Counted from the first letter of the whole stretch, positions 20,690-34,129 are shown. The stretch is DNA of 63,482 nucleotides, filler included, from Reticulomyxa filosa (GCA_000512085.1; 16 parts of 16 records of this genome joined end to end with filler, not necessarily neighbours in it); one strand, 5' to 3'. Made by a program: numbers and translations. The notes: generated by a model from the sequence alone, not told the origin.

Positions 20690-22169
20690 AAATGACTCAT
20701 TTTGCGACTATCCGTTGTATTATCTCAATGCACATCCACAAACTCTGATAACCCAACGCTGGATGACATTGCATAGCCGTACATACGTAATTCGTCAAAC
20801 AGTTTTGCATTGTCTTGCGCATATGTCCATGAACTCACTTTTTCTTTGGGCCAGGGATAATTATATACCAAGGAGCTAGCAATCCTGCAGAAAAGTCTTC
20901 TTTAACATATCACAAAAGACAAACAAAAAAAAATTTGCAATCGCTTTTTTTTTCTCCAACTTGTGACAAAGACATTATCCAACATTTCATAAAAATGAAA
21001 CAAATTTTCAGTTCATTCATTTATTTTTTTAAAAAAACGCGAATGCATCCAAGTCAGTCATTCTTTTTCTTTATCAACATTCTACTTTTTTTTTGTGTAT
21101 ACGTACATAAATCTGAAAGTTGCCAAATAGTCTGAGTTTCTTGTGAACGTTAACGTGTCATACAATTACTTGCGTAGTTCCATAATCCTCCATCACACTG
21201 GGACGATTAAAGCGTACACCATGACAACGATGATGTGCATGTACTGTAAGGCCAAATGGTGGCATTGCCCCGCACTCGTATCGGCAGTGGTTGCACAAAT
21301 TGGACCGTTCTTCTTTAGTACTATCAAAAGCGTTGATGTCATCTGCATGATATATCGCACATTTCACGCGTTGTTATTCTTCATCATCCAACAGCGCGTC
21401 AGCTTCATCGACAGTCTTATATGTTTCTCATCCACTACAACTTTTTCTTTTTTTTCTTCTTCATGTCCCACTTGGGGACTTACCACAAATCACGACCGTC
21501 ATTGTCAAAGTTTTCATCTACACAAATATATATTTATATTTATACGTACGTGAAACTTGTGCAAATAAATCTCATCACGCAAAGAATGGGGATGAACATA
21601 ATGGTCACGTTCACACGACAACGGCCAAGGCCAGTAAAATGGTGTATACCTCTTTTCTTTCTACATCTTAGCGCGACGATGTGGTATCTTCCACAATCGG
21701 CGCTTCTCCGGTGAACTTGACATCGACTAGGTCCCCATATTCGTCACTAATTAAATGTCCTTTGTCTTGGTCATGCTGGCCCGAGTTGTACTGGATACTC
21801 CCAATTGCAATCTTGCCCTCGTTCTAATATTTTTATTTTTTTTGTATTTTTATACTTACTGGTTTTTTGTTTAGAGAATTTTTTTAGTAAAGTGCATTTT
21901 TACATATTATATATTTGCATAAACTGCACGAGTAATACACCAACTCCTTCGTGGGGGAAATCTTTTCAAATCTTTTGCCAAACTCGTCATTCGCTTTATC
22001 AGCTGTTTTTTTTTTGGTGCTAGTCAACTTGCAAGAATAAAGATAGACATCGCAACAGTGAACACTGAAATGCTACTTAACCGTTCGTTCCACTTGGCGC
22101 GGTGAACTCAAAATTTGTCAAGTTACCATATGCGAGCCCCAGAACTGTTATTGCGGACCACCACGTCAT
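20690..22169 (-). pseudogene. Probable decayed multi-exon gene for a secreted protein of unknown family
   Basis: ATG at 22169 gives MTWWSAITVLGLAYG (signal-like); further coding-like exons (NEGKIAIGSIQYNSG.., KCAIYHADDINAFD.., AGLLAPWYIIIPGP..) separated by introns but carrying in-frame stops. Confidence 0.4.
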
Positions 22170-22408
22170 TATGCTTGCAAACTGCTAAAAAATACTTTAT
22201 TACTTTTAGTTTTACTATTTAGTTGAATAACAGATTTGTGATTTACAATTTTTTGTAACAATTTTACCCGAATTGATTTTGTATTACTATTTTTATTCGT
22301 CTTGTTCTCACAAATCAAAAAACTTAACGTGAACTTCGTCCTAAGTGTCACAATTTTTTTGGTTTATTTTTGCGTTCTTTGTAACTTTTATCACTAAAAC
22401 AAAAGAAA

Positions 22409-23185
22409 ATGTCTAAAGATAAAGTGTCAACGGCGTGTGTTATTGACAACTGAAGTGGAATGGTCAATGCAGGATTTGCTGTAGATGACGTCCCACGAAC
22501 TGTCTTCACATCCATTATTGGACAACCAAGCATCAAGGTGTAATTGTCGGCACGTGCCAAAAAGATACTTATGCTGGTGATGAAGCCTAAGCCAAACGAT
22601 GTATTTTGTTTATCCGTTATCATATTGAACAAGGAATTGTGACCAATTGTGATGACATTGAGAAAATTTGTCACTATACGTTTTACAAGTTAATTGGCTT
22701 GCATGAACTTTTTTAAAAATGCGAAATTGCTTAATGCTGTTAGTATACATTTTTTATTTTGAACTGTGTTTGTGAGTTGTGAATTACCCCTGATGAATAC
22801 GAAATGTTGTTGATTGATGTCCAATTGAACCTACAATCCAACATAGAAAAATTACACAAATTATGTTTTATACTTTAAACACATCAACATTTTATGCCTC
22901 AATTCAAGCAGTGTTGTCGTTCTATGCAAGTGGACGAACCACCGGTATTGTGTGCGAAAGTGGTGATGGAATTACACAAAATCCTAATTTACAAGTGATA
23001 TCGCTTGCAATCTTGATACTGTACTTGGCTGGACGATATTTGACTGAATACTTGCAAAAAATCTTGACTAAAAGAGTATATTCATTAATCACCACTGCCT
23101 AGAAGTAAATTGCGCGTGACATCAATGAAAAATTGTATTATGTTGCTTTAGACTATGATGAATTGAAGAAAGCATATACATCCAA
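22409..23185 (+). pseudogene. Actin pseudogene (non-processed, truncated)
   Basis: [54 protein letters not shown], intron at ~22689, [51 protein letters not shown]; several stops and frameshifts. Confidence 0.93.
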
Positions 23186-25348
23186 CGAAAACGAATGTTT
23201 GAATCTTTTTTTTAATGTTAAAATTTGATTTATTGCAAAAAATAATAAAAAAAATAAGTTGAATGCTGAAAAATCTAATAAGAAAAGTGCAAAGTAATAC
23301 ATAAATAAAAAAATAGCAACGTCTAGTGATGAGTGGCATGTTTCATTGACCATGCTACTGTATCAGTTTAAGTTTTACATATTAACTACAGAATGACTTT
23401 GCTAGCACTTAACAATATTCAGCTAACTTGACAGTAAAATGACTAAAGCTGCTTTTCTTTTTTCAAATATTTTGATCAAAAGAATTCAATATATTTAACT
23501 GTCTTAAGTTAATTTTTCTTTTTAGCACAATGATTATTTTAAAAAATTGTATTTAATGAAGAACACCGTAGCACAAAAGTTTTTTAAAATGTAGCGAAAG
23601 ATATCATACATTCATTTGTATCTATTTATTGTTTGAATAAAATTTTGAAAAGTCTACAAAACTTGTAAGATTTTAGCAGCAAATAAAACATAGAGTTTTT
23701 TAATGCTTTGTCAGCATGAAAGAAATAAATTGTTATAACAGTAAATTTAAAATAATAAATTATCTTTCCAAAAAAGATACATCAATTGATTTATTAAATA
23801 GTTTATTAATTAAGCTACGCCAAATAAATATAATATATTATGAAAAAATTCATATATTAAAAATAAATTGCCTAACATCAAATCTTGCAAAAGTGTCTAT
23901 TTATATTCTTATCAATCAGAGTTTGTTTATTGTGCTTTTATAAATATTATGCCAAAAATCACATAATATATTGCCGACAAAATGAAAAATGAATGTTGAA
24001 TTTAATCGATTTAAAAGTACTGCTAAAAATAATATAGTCTTTATTATTATTATAAATTCTCACTGGGACGTTGACTGTCTCACAATTGGCATACCTTGTT
24101 TGGAATATCTTCATCTTAGACTAATTTCCACAATTCATGCAATCAAATTACTCAAAGACATCATATATTTTTGACTTATATCACATTCTTGATAATGAAT
24201 TAAATATGGACTGTTGAATATGACGTCTCATGTTGTACAGTAACAAAATGGTGCAGTCTTATAACGACAAGAAGACCCCTTTTCCTTGTCCGCAATGTTT
24301 GGAATGAATTGTCAATATACATCTCCGGTTACGACGACACTCAGTGCAAGAACGCTTCGCAAAAGAGGCAAATTGCACTTTTGCATGAAATGTGCACACT
24401 AGAGCATTTGGGATCACACGTTTCCTGTAATTTCCCGCCCCCATTGAACCAAAAAAAATTTGTTGACGAAAGGATATATATAGATAAACAGATAGATATA
24501 TGATAACACAAAAAGAGTCTAAACTCTGAATAGCACATCATACGTTTGTGGCAAAGTAACCAAAGAAATTGGAAGAATCGAATCATTTACAAAAATTAAA
24601 TTTTTGTGGAAATGTATTTACTTAATTTACGCAAAATGAATGAATCTATTATTTTATCTTGTATGGAATATCAGTGACTTTTTTTTCAATTATCTTTTAG
24701 GATTTTAACACGCTCGAATATGATGTGTGATTTGTTTGTAACTTTTTTTGGAGCGTAAATTCTCTGCAAGAACTTTGTAAATTAAAACTTGTTTGAGTCA
24801 CTGTAGATAGCGGAATGTTATAAATTTTACTCTTTGTCAAAATTGACAAAAAACAAATAAGTCATATCCACATGAACGTGCACAAGATCCGAAACAAAAA
24901 GACCCCTCATTCCACAAAACCAAATTTGAAAAAAAAAACACAAAACGTGTATGTGTTTTGTTATTTCGATACATGAAAGCTTACGCTCATTGAAAAGAAC
25001 GCAAACAAACAAAGAGAAAGGTTTGTGAAAAGGAATGTTTGTCCTTCAGTTGGAACTTGTCAATGTCCGTTTGTGTTGATGTGACATAATCAAACAAAAC
25101 AGAAAAATGTATGAGATCGAAAATGACGGAAAGATTTTAGCCTTTATGAATTTTTTATTGTTGAGTATCACCGTTGGTCGCTTTCACATTTGCGTTTTTC
25201 TGGTTCTTCTTTTTCTTTTCTACGTCTTGATGACCTTTGGAATTGTATATTATTTTTTATTTTTTATGTCCGTACCAAATAATTTTCAGAAACTTCAGAG
25301 AATAAATTGTATAGTAATTATAAAGCCAAAGCAACGTGGCAGTAAAAG

Positions 25349-26272
25349 TTAAAAAAGTTGTGCATTAGTGGGAGTCCAGTGATGCACACCTGTTGTAGTA
25401 GAATCATGTTCACGACTTTGTGTTTGTTCAGAAGAAGAAGGTTTTGTTTCCACAGATTGTTTTGAAGAATCTTGACCTTGTGACGGTTCCGACGTATGAG
25501 TAGGTTTGACTTTTTTGACATAAACACGTTGTGGATTGTCTCGACCTCGGCCCCGGCCTCTGCCTCTACCTCTACCTCGGCCTCTTCCTTGTGTTTGCCT
25601 TCGTTCAGCATCTCCTCCTCGTTGAGGAGATTGACTTTTGTTGACATCAGATGCGTTTTTGTTTTCATCTGCTCCGGACTTTGCACTGTCATCATTTCCA
25701 CGTCCTCCTTTTTCCTCTTCATTCTTGTTTCTACGGCCACGTTCGTTGCCACGTTCACCTCTTCCGCGTCCACGCCCTTGTCCGCGCTTGCGTTCAGAAT
25801 GATGTTCTTGTGATCTCTCAGTGTCATCTTTGTCTTCTCTTTCTTCTCGTGTTTCCTTCTCGTCTTTGTTGGATTTGCGTTGGGTTTTTGGTTTGCGTTT
25901 GCTTGCATTTTTATTATTGCTTCGGCTTCTGTTCTTGTTGTTCGTGTTGGACTTGGTTTGGTTATTTTTGCCCCTCTGTAGCTTTTTTCGTTGGCGAGTG
26001 CCACTTCGTTCTCGATCCGAATCAAATGTCATAGGCAGGCCTTTGAGGTCTCTCAATTTTTTTTTCAAGTCGTTCAGAGTTTGACGACGAGATTTGATCA
26101 GCTTCCAATGCAACAAATTCATATCCAGCATAATCAAACCCATGTCCACTGCTGTCTTGCTTCCAATCAAAATCAATGCGTCATCTGCCTTCCCGTTATC
26201 GCTCAGATCCAACTTGTCATTTTCATTTACAAATAAGTCGTCTTCTTTTGCGGCCTGAAAGAATGCACTGTC
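25349..26272 (-). CDS. RNA-binding protein C-terminus: KH-like end, coiled coil and RG repeats (FMR1/FXR-like); 5' truncated
   Basis: LILIGSKTAVDMGLIMLDMNL..RRQTLNDLKKKLRDLKG, then a disordered tail with RGRGRG runs. Confidence 0.6.
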   Translation of the reverse strand, partial: DSAFFQAAKEDDLFVNENDKLDLSDNGKADDALILIGSKTAVDMGLIMLDMNLLHWKLIKSRRQTLNDLKKKLRDLKGLPMTFDSDRERSGTRQRKKLQRGKNNQTKSNTNNKNRSRSNNKNASKRKPKTQRKSNKDEKETREEREDKDDTERSQEHHSERKRGQGRGRGRGERGNERGRRNKNEEEKGGRGNDDSAKSGADENKNASDVNKSQSPQRGGDAERRQTQGRGRGRGRGRGRGRGRDNPQRVYVKKVKPTHTSEPSQGQDSSKQSVETKPSSSEQTQSREHDSTTTGVHHWTPTNAQLF

Positions 26273-26403
26273 TATATTTCCAAATCATTTTTTTTTTTTT
26301 TTTNNNNNNNNNNNNNNNNNNNNNNNNNNNNNNNNNNNNNNNNNNNNTTAATTAATTAANNNNNNNNNNNNNNNNNNNNNNNNNNNNNNNNNNNNNNNNN
26401 NNN

Positions 26404-26799
26404 TTTTTTTTTTTTTTTCAATGTATACGTATATACCATACATGTATGCATTTTTATACAGTTGCTCATTTGGCTACTCACCATTCCAGTAACATGCTGA
26501 TGAACTTGTACAATTAAGGTCTCCACAATTATCGTTTTTATATATTCCCAACGATTTCTTTTTCACATAAAATCCATTCAAATATTGTCCATTTGTGCTG
26601 CTAAAGGTTACTTTGTAATCTGTTTTTTTCCCGACAAACCGCTGCTTTAGATATGTTTTTTTTTTGTGTGCGTGTGTTTTTCAAACACGGAACAAGTGTG
26701 TTGGCTCAGGTTGGGGCTTCGGCTAAATGCTGCTGCTGCTATACTCAAACACGCTGCCAACAGCAGTAACGTTGGCCAAACACTCTTTTGCAATGTCAT
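26404..26799 (-). CDS. Secreted protein, N-terminal exons (partial)
   Basis: MTLQKSVWPTLLLLAACLSIAAAAFS signal peptide; next exon YKVTFSSTNGQYLNGFY..CGDLNCTSSSACYW. Confidence 0.45.
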
Positions 26800-27221
26800 T
26801 TGCTTTTAATCACTCTTTCCTTTCTGCTGTGAATAATTCGTCTTTTCAATGTGTATAATTCGAGGGGAAATTTTTTAATCCTTTTTTACGTTGTTTGAAA
26901 ACGAAACGGAAGTCTGTAAATAATTCTCTTAAAAAAAATTCACATTCAGACGTCCCACCTTGATAAACTGGTATTTCTTTTTTATGTATAATTGTGTATA
27001 TTTTATACCTTTTTTCCCTTCCAAAAAAAGTTCTTTCTGATTGGAAGATTAGAAAAAGGTCTCACAAATTGTAGGGCAAGGCCATACCAACCTGTTGTCA
27101 AGGTTCAAATGAACTTTGAAGGTCCCTTTTTCACTTTCTTTCTTCCGTTTACAACATTTTCTTTTTTTTTGCTAACTTATTTTGCTATATCATAATTGTC
27201 ACTTTGTTGCACGTAACCTAC

Positions 27222-27585
27222 AATGAATTAGTAAACGCAATATCTGGACCAGAAGACACAAGTGTTCGTTTGTGGGATATTCGATCTGATAACAAATTCA
27301 AGTGTTCAATTGGCATGTGGATACTGTGCATGCTTTTGAATATTCATCATTGTAGTAAAAAATATTGGTGTAATTTTGGTGTTAGAAGTGATTCAAATGT
27401 AATATGTTCTGGATCAACTGATACAATTTGTTTTTGGGATATTCGATCAAATAAGAGTGAATTGTATGTGATGAACGGAGAGAAAATGAAATAATATAAG
27501 ATATCTTTAAAAAAAGAAAAAAATGGCTATTATCGTTTTAACTTGTGTTATCGTTCACATAAAGGCACAATTCTATTTGAAGATA
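27222..27585 (+). pseudogene. Decayed WD40 family copy
   Basis: SGPEDTSVRLWDIRS..SNVICSGSTD-TICFWDIRSNKSELYVMNG..LCY; frameshifted paralogue of 43623-44086. Confidence 0.8.
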
Positions 27586-30500
27586 AGATACAATGTGTAA
27601 TTAAAAGGACAAAAAAAATAACACTTTGATATATCAAAACAAACACCGTTGTTAAACAAATCAGTGAAAATAATATTAACATTTTTTTCATGTTTAAAAA
27701 AAATTTGAGTTTAAATGACAATTGTGTTAATATCTAAAAAAACAACAATACATATCACTATCAATAAAGTACTGTTTTATTTTATGCAAATAAATCTAAA
27801 AAAACAAAGTTAAGTAAATAGAAAAAATATAAATTCTATACATTTATTGAAAAAGTTGGAAAAAAAAAGCAATACTATCTTTCACTTATGCAACCAAATA
27901 AAAATACGCTCATAACTGCCTTAATAAAAAATTTTTTCAAAGATTACAAAAAAAAATTTGTGAAAATGCTCCTTTGATGCGACTGACAATAAATTATTAT
28001 AATCAACACAACAAATACAATTTATAAAACAACAAACAACATCAACAATTGCATTGTCATTGAAAATGCTAGCAATTACCTTTAAAAAAAAGAAAAAAAG
28101 GCAAAAAATGAAAAATCATTACTTTTGTCTTTTTTCCTTTTTTTGATCAATGACGAAAATCTATTAATAAAAAAAAATTTACTTAAGGAAAATTTAAGCT
28201 TAGAATATGTATATATAAATATACAAAATATAATGTTATATTATTGTTATGTCATTTTGTTAGCTTTTCTGTTATTTATGTCTGTTTATTGTAGACAATT
28301 AATTGTAATATGATAAAATGTTTTAGTTATTACAAATACTAACTATTATTATTTTGTAACTTAACGTTTTGTATCTAAGTATTTGTTGCTGTTTTGTCAT
28401 CATGTGACTTTCAACATTGGATAATATTATTTAATTTATTTTATGTTGTAAATAAAATTATTCATTTTATGTCTTTGCGAGTATTCTTCAAAATTATTTT
28501 GTTCATATTTCGATCATGTCAACTGAATAATAAATTGACCCATTTGTGTTTTGCAAAGTGTTAAATAAATATTAATGTTTATCATGTAGATAAATCAATA
28601 GTTGGTTATTACATTTATTGCTTGTAATGTTTGTATTAGAAATCAATTGCTTTTGATCACTTCATCGAATACTATATTGTTCAGATAAGAGTTGTCTGTA
28701 GTTGTAAATATTTTATTGCAATATCACCTTGATGCTTTGGACTATGTCTGTATTTTGACTTGTAATTGTTCTTTGCCAGCAAATCAAATAACTACATGTC
28801 ACATTGATATTGCTTAAAATGATTCTGTTCAACATCACTAAAACATTATAGAATGACAACAGTTCGAAAAGCTGTAAATGTTATTTTGATACTTTTTATT
28901 TGAAGTTATCTGACTTATATCCAGAGAAAATATATAAAACACTGAAAGATTTCAAAATTATATTTCATTTTTTCCCCCACTCCAATCTTTTAAAACAGAC
29001 TACATACAACTGATATCGCTTGGTCAATGCTGTCTTCGAGCTTATTCTTTACACTTTTTCTTCTTCATTGTCATCATTTGCAAGTCGAAACTTACCCTAC
29101 CTTTTCGTCCAGTTCTTCAATTATTTGCTTCTTTATTTCCAATTAGCTGTCGTTCCATTAATTTGTTCCGATATATGACAAAGTGAAACAACATCACAAA
29201 CTCATACAAATAATTATCTTATCAAGTTTGTATTGTATATGTTTTCTAAATTAACAATAAACAAATAAAACTACTTGTGAATCATACTTCTTCATTGTCA
29301 TTTGCGCCATTTCGTCAGCTTATTAGTTTTTTCATTGATTATATCTGTAACGTTGTATACATGCAATTTATTTTTTTGATTGTATGAATGTTTATTTATT
29401 TGTCTCTTATCCACAAAACAAAATTACAATTGCTTTTTTACAAGTTTTGTCACTGTCACTCCAGTGAATTGATAAGATTGATCAATTCGTCATTTTCATG
29501 TTGTAAATCTTAGTTCTTTTTGATCAATTAATAATCTTACGATGCTATCTTACAATACGATATACAATCAAATGCATTACTTTTATACATACACATCACA
29601 TATAAAAAAGATATTAGTGTGTATTTGACAAAACAAAAAATCAAACATCAATATTTGACCCGTTTTCTTTTTTTCCGTTTCGTTATGTTCAATGCTTTTG
29701 CCCCATTTGAACCAACTTCGAGTCAGTGGCTTTATATAATTTTTCTAGTTCATTTCGTTCGAATTAGATTCACTTGACTTCGACAATGTCACTAGTGTTC
29801 GTATATTTTCTGACAACTAGTACTGTGCATATATCATATACGTGCATATACTTATATATATTATAAATATATTTTCCTAAGACTAAACTGACAAAACGAT
29901 CAAGAATATGCATTTTGCGTTATATTCTTTGATTAGTAATACAAATTGCCTTCTAGTCCATATTTATTGAGTTTTAAAACTTGAGGCTTTGGACGACTGT
30001 CACCCTTTACGATCGGTCACTGACACTTTCTCTTTTAAAATTTTTTCCAGAAAGTAGTCGATAGTTTATATCATAGAAAAAACTATCAATTGTTGCACAG
30101 CAACATATGCAAACACACTTTTCGGTAACGTGTGTTCTAATAATAAGTTGCCGTTCTGACAGCACATATGCATTTCGATACAATCAAAGCAATTATTAGA
30201 TATATCACTACATATTATCAGTTTGTGTTTTATTTAGTTGCACCTAAAAAAAGTTTTAATGTACGAAAACTTGACAAATCTACACTAGAAATGAAAAAAG
30301 CTCCATTTCAGCGTAGTCCAAATCCTTTTTCGACAGTTCAATACGAATTTTCAACATGTATCAACACAATTGACGATGAAGGATTTTTTTTTAGTTTATT
30401 TACAACTGACATCATGTCATAGTTTATGTTACCGGTCTAACAATAATCTTGTTTTCTAATCCATCATTTAAACTACATAATATTTCTTTTTCTAAAAATT

Positions 30501-30611
30501 ATTTTATGTTGGACGTGGAAACGTTTACAGACAAATTCGATCCTCTTCAGATATATTGATAAAAAACGAACTTAAAAAAAAGTAGTTGAAGTCTACTAGA
30601 TAAGATTTGAA

Positions 30612-32674
30612 ATGGAGGATGAAGCAATAATCTTTCCCGAATATGAAGTACATTTTGGTGCAAACATTCGAACATTACGGTAAAAAGAATTGTATTTCAT
30701 TTGTTCTTGACGTGGTCATTTGTTTTTTGTGTTGGACAGTGAGGGAAGCACAGATAATGGAGAGTTGGAATCAAAGGCGGATTTGGTGATAAGAGCATTG
30801 ACAAACAACAAAAAGGCAGGCAAATTGACGTTTTCTATGCTCCCCATTCAATCGAAAGATTTTTTGACCATTGCCAAATATTTGCAACAAAGATTGCAAG
30901 CTGATAATTGTTACACTTTTTTATTTTAATTTTTGTGTGATTACGATTCATTTGCCACATTTAAAAAGAAAAAAAAAAAAAAATGAAAATTTAGACCAAA
31001 GTATTGAGCGATTGAATCTAACGGGCGTGCCAATAAATCCAGGATTGATGCAAGTAATTGCGGACGAATTGTTAGACAATGCGAAATATGGTAAATTAAA
31101 GTGGTTAAATTTGAGTCAAACAGGACTTACTGGGGACATTCCTGTCACCAAAGCAAAGTCGATTCCCAAACAACCACAAAGTTACAATTGTCTTTTTGTA
31201 AACTCACACAAATCAAATCAAACCAAGACAATGCCAAGATGAACAAATAAATAAATAAAAGTGCGTGAACCAAATAAAAGCGACAACGAAAAGGAAGGAA
31301 AGACGAACAAAAAAGAAGATGTGATAAGCATATTGAGCAAAGGATTGGAAAAGAACACAAGCTTGACCTATCTGCATTTAAGCAAAAATCCGAAAATCAA
31401 AAGCGACGCGTTCAATCGGCTATTGCAAAGCATGTACAAGCACCCGCAAATACACCTCTTGATTTACAATGGAAACCGTCTCACCTTCGAGCATGCCGTG
31501 GTTTTGGGACACTACTTTGCACAGTTCCCTAATCCCACATTGACAAGGATTTCTTTGGAAGGCTGTTCCATTAATGATCAACTTGATTTTTTTTTTTAAT
31601 GTATCTTTTATGTTATATGCATTATATATGTACATGTGTGTATGTATACGTGTATATAGTTTGCGGAAATATGTAAAGGAATACGAATAAATGGTGTATT
31701 GCGCCAATTGCAAATGTCAGGAAATGAGATAACGGATAAAGGCGTCGATTTGTTGTGTAAAGCGTTACGTCGAATACCGTTGGAAACGGAGACGAACGAA
31801 GACATTGCCCGACAAGTAGGTTGGTTTCAACTGTTTAACAAATATATATGTATATACATATATATGTATATGCATATATATGTATATATTTTTGTACATG
31901 TGTTATATCAATGTATGTGCATTATGCAAACGTGAAAGGACAGAAAGAGTAGTACCCCCATCGGCGATGAACAGATTGAATTTGTCAGCAAACAATCTGA
32001 CAGCGGAGAGTGGAAAGCACTTGGCAGAGATGATGGCACACAGTTACCATATGGAACATTTGGACTTGTCGCTCAACATAGGCTTTGGCGACGACGGTGT
32101 GAATGCGTTATGCAATGGGTTGGTGTCGAACGAGTCGTTGATGTCATTGCGCTTGGGCTCGTGCAAATTGGGCAATGGCTGCTGCGAGTTGTTAGGCGAA
32201 GTGCTGTCGAGACATAGCAACTTGGCGTCTTTGGAATTGCGATTGAATAATCAAATCACAGGCGAGGGAATGGCCTTGTTGTGCAAAGGGATGGAACACA
32301 ACTCCCATTTGATCGATTTGAATTTGGAGGGACTCAATAAACTTGGCCAACCTGGTGCTTTTGCCTTGCGCACGGGCTTAATTGCTCATGTCACCACCAC
32401 CTTGGGCAGAATCAATTTCCTCACCAATTTCTTGGCCGCTTACGATTGTGCGCCTATCCCTGATTCTAATTCTGACTTTGATAATCACGAGAAAATCGAG
32501 CTGCCTCAAGACATCATTCGCTTTCTTATTGAATGGGTTGGCTACAGTTGTGTTCGTTTGCTGTCTATCAAAAATTGCTATCCCAATATGAGGGACGATG
32601 GCATTGATGACTTGGTCACGTGTCAGAGCATTCTCAGAAGGCAACATCAACATGAATTGCAAATCCTTTGGTAA
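30612..32674 (+). CDS. Leucine-rich repeat (RNI-like) protein, multi-exon
   Basis: LxxLxLSxNxI repeats: LTYLHLSKN, LRQLQMSGNEITDKGV, NRLNLSANNL, EHLDLSLNIGFGDDGV, LMSLRLGSCKLG, LASLELRLNNQI; ATG 30612, TAA 32674. Confidence 0.85.
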
Positions 32675-33287
32675 AATACAAATAAAAATTCATGTCATGG
32701 CTTTTTTTTTTTTTTTGTATATATGAGGGAAAAATGCTCTTTCTGTTATTCAGTTTAGAATCAATGCTAAATGTCATTACCCTTTTTTTTTTTGATTTGG
32801 TTCTGAGATTCTTAAAAAAAAGAAAAAAATTGCAATGTAGTTTTTTCAATTCGATCCTTCTTTGCCGGCAATTAATTGGCGCAAGTTCTTCCAAAAAAAA
32901 AAAAAAAAAAGCGCCTAGAGACAAACAAGTTTTATCAGTCTTCGGTATCACCAGCAAAGATGCCAATGCAACCCCCAAATGATTCCGACAAGTAATGTTA
33001 AAAAGTAAAAAAATAGGAAACATGCAAACATTTTAGGAAAAAACAAACAACAGCACAAAGAAAAATATCATTCTGAGCATCAGTAGAAAGCCAATCGAAC
33101 TAAATATGTGTCAATCAAAAGAGATATCAAAACACTTGTGTGACTCCCAGTTGGCTCCAATTCCAAATATTTATCTGTACAAAATTCCTTTCTTTGATCT
33201 ATTCTTAGGGCACTCACTTTTTTTTAGAGTAGTGAAGTTATACCACAAATACGTTTTGCAAATATCGATATGAAAAAAAAAAAAAAG

Positions 33288-33522
33288 AGAGCGAGCCATA
33301 TTTCGACAAACCCAGGCAATTTGAGATTAGAATCGATCGAACAGCAAATAGAAAATCCCGTTTCTTTACTACAACAATTAAAGCGCATTAGCAATAATTT
33401 TAATGATATAAAATCCTTCCTTCAAAAAACTCTTCGCACATCTGAGTTTGTGAATGTGTTCATCCTTACCTTAACTTGACAAAAAAAAAATCAAGCAAAA
33501 CCGTGCATAATATATGATATAC

Positions 33523-33563
<41 letters not shown>

Positions 33564-33866
33564 ATCAATGGTAAAAGTGCGAAAAAAAGGTAATAAGCAA
33601 GTGTATGAACTAAAGATGCGGAAAGAAAGGGATGAAATAGTGATAAGTTTACATAGTGTAAGTATGCAATTGCATAATGAAGATACTCATAATGTGGTTG
33701 TAGAAAATGCACACGTAAATGGAGAAATAGAGTGGTGGAATGATTTTTCTGAGCTAAAAAGTAGTGGGATCAAAGTTTGTGGACTGACATTAAATAGCGA
33801 TTGGAAAATGGAATTCTTTTCTAATCTTGATCGATGGATAGTCTCTCTTTGTCTAACCTTAGTTAG
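33288..33866 (+). CDS. Hypothetical protein exons (partial)
   Basis: Two coding-like ORFs separated by a (TA)n-containing intron; no family recognised. Confidence 0.35.
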
Positions 33867-33870
33867 GGCA

Positions 33871-33902
<32 letters not shown>

Positions 33903-34129
33903 NNNNNNNNNNNNNNNNNNNNNNNNNNNNNNNNNNNNNNNNNNNNTTAATTAATTAANNNNNNNNNNNNNNNNNNNNNNNNNNNNNNNNNNNNNNNNNN
34001 NNCATAACATACACACTCTTCTTGGAATAGCATATCTTGTTTTATATCTATTTAAAATGATTTGTTATATCATGTATATACTTATATCATTGTTTTATTA
34101 ACAACAACAAAATAAACACATATAAAATA

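Noticed and set aside
25318-26236. Multiple overlapping long ORFs on both strands
   Set aside because: Shadow frames of a low-complexity, purine-rich coding exon; the same applies to overlaps at 17.4-18.5, 48.4-49.3 and 52.5-53.3 kb.
28850-30000. Possible decayed HEAT-repeat gene on the minus strand (fragments like WNDS, ANDDNEE)
   Set aside because: Too degraded to support a call without a profile search.
33510-33902. (TA)n, (CA)n, (GA)n and homopolymer runs at contig ends and in introns
   Set aside because: Ordinary microsatellites causing assembly breaks; no telomeric repeat arrays seen.
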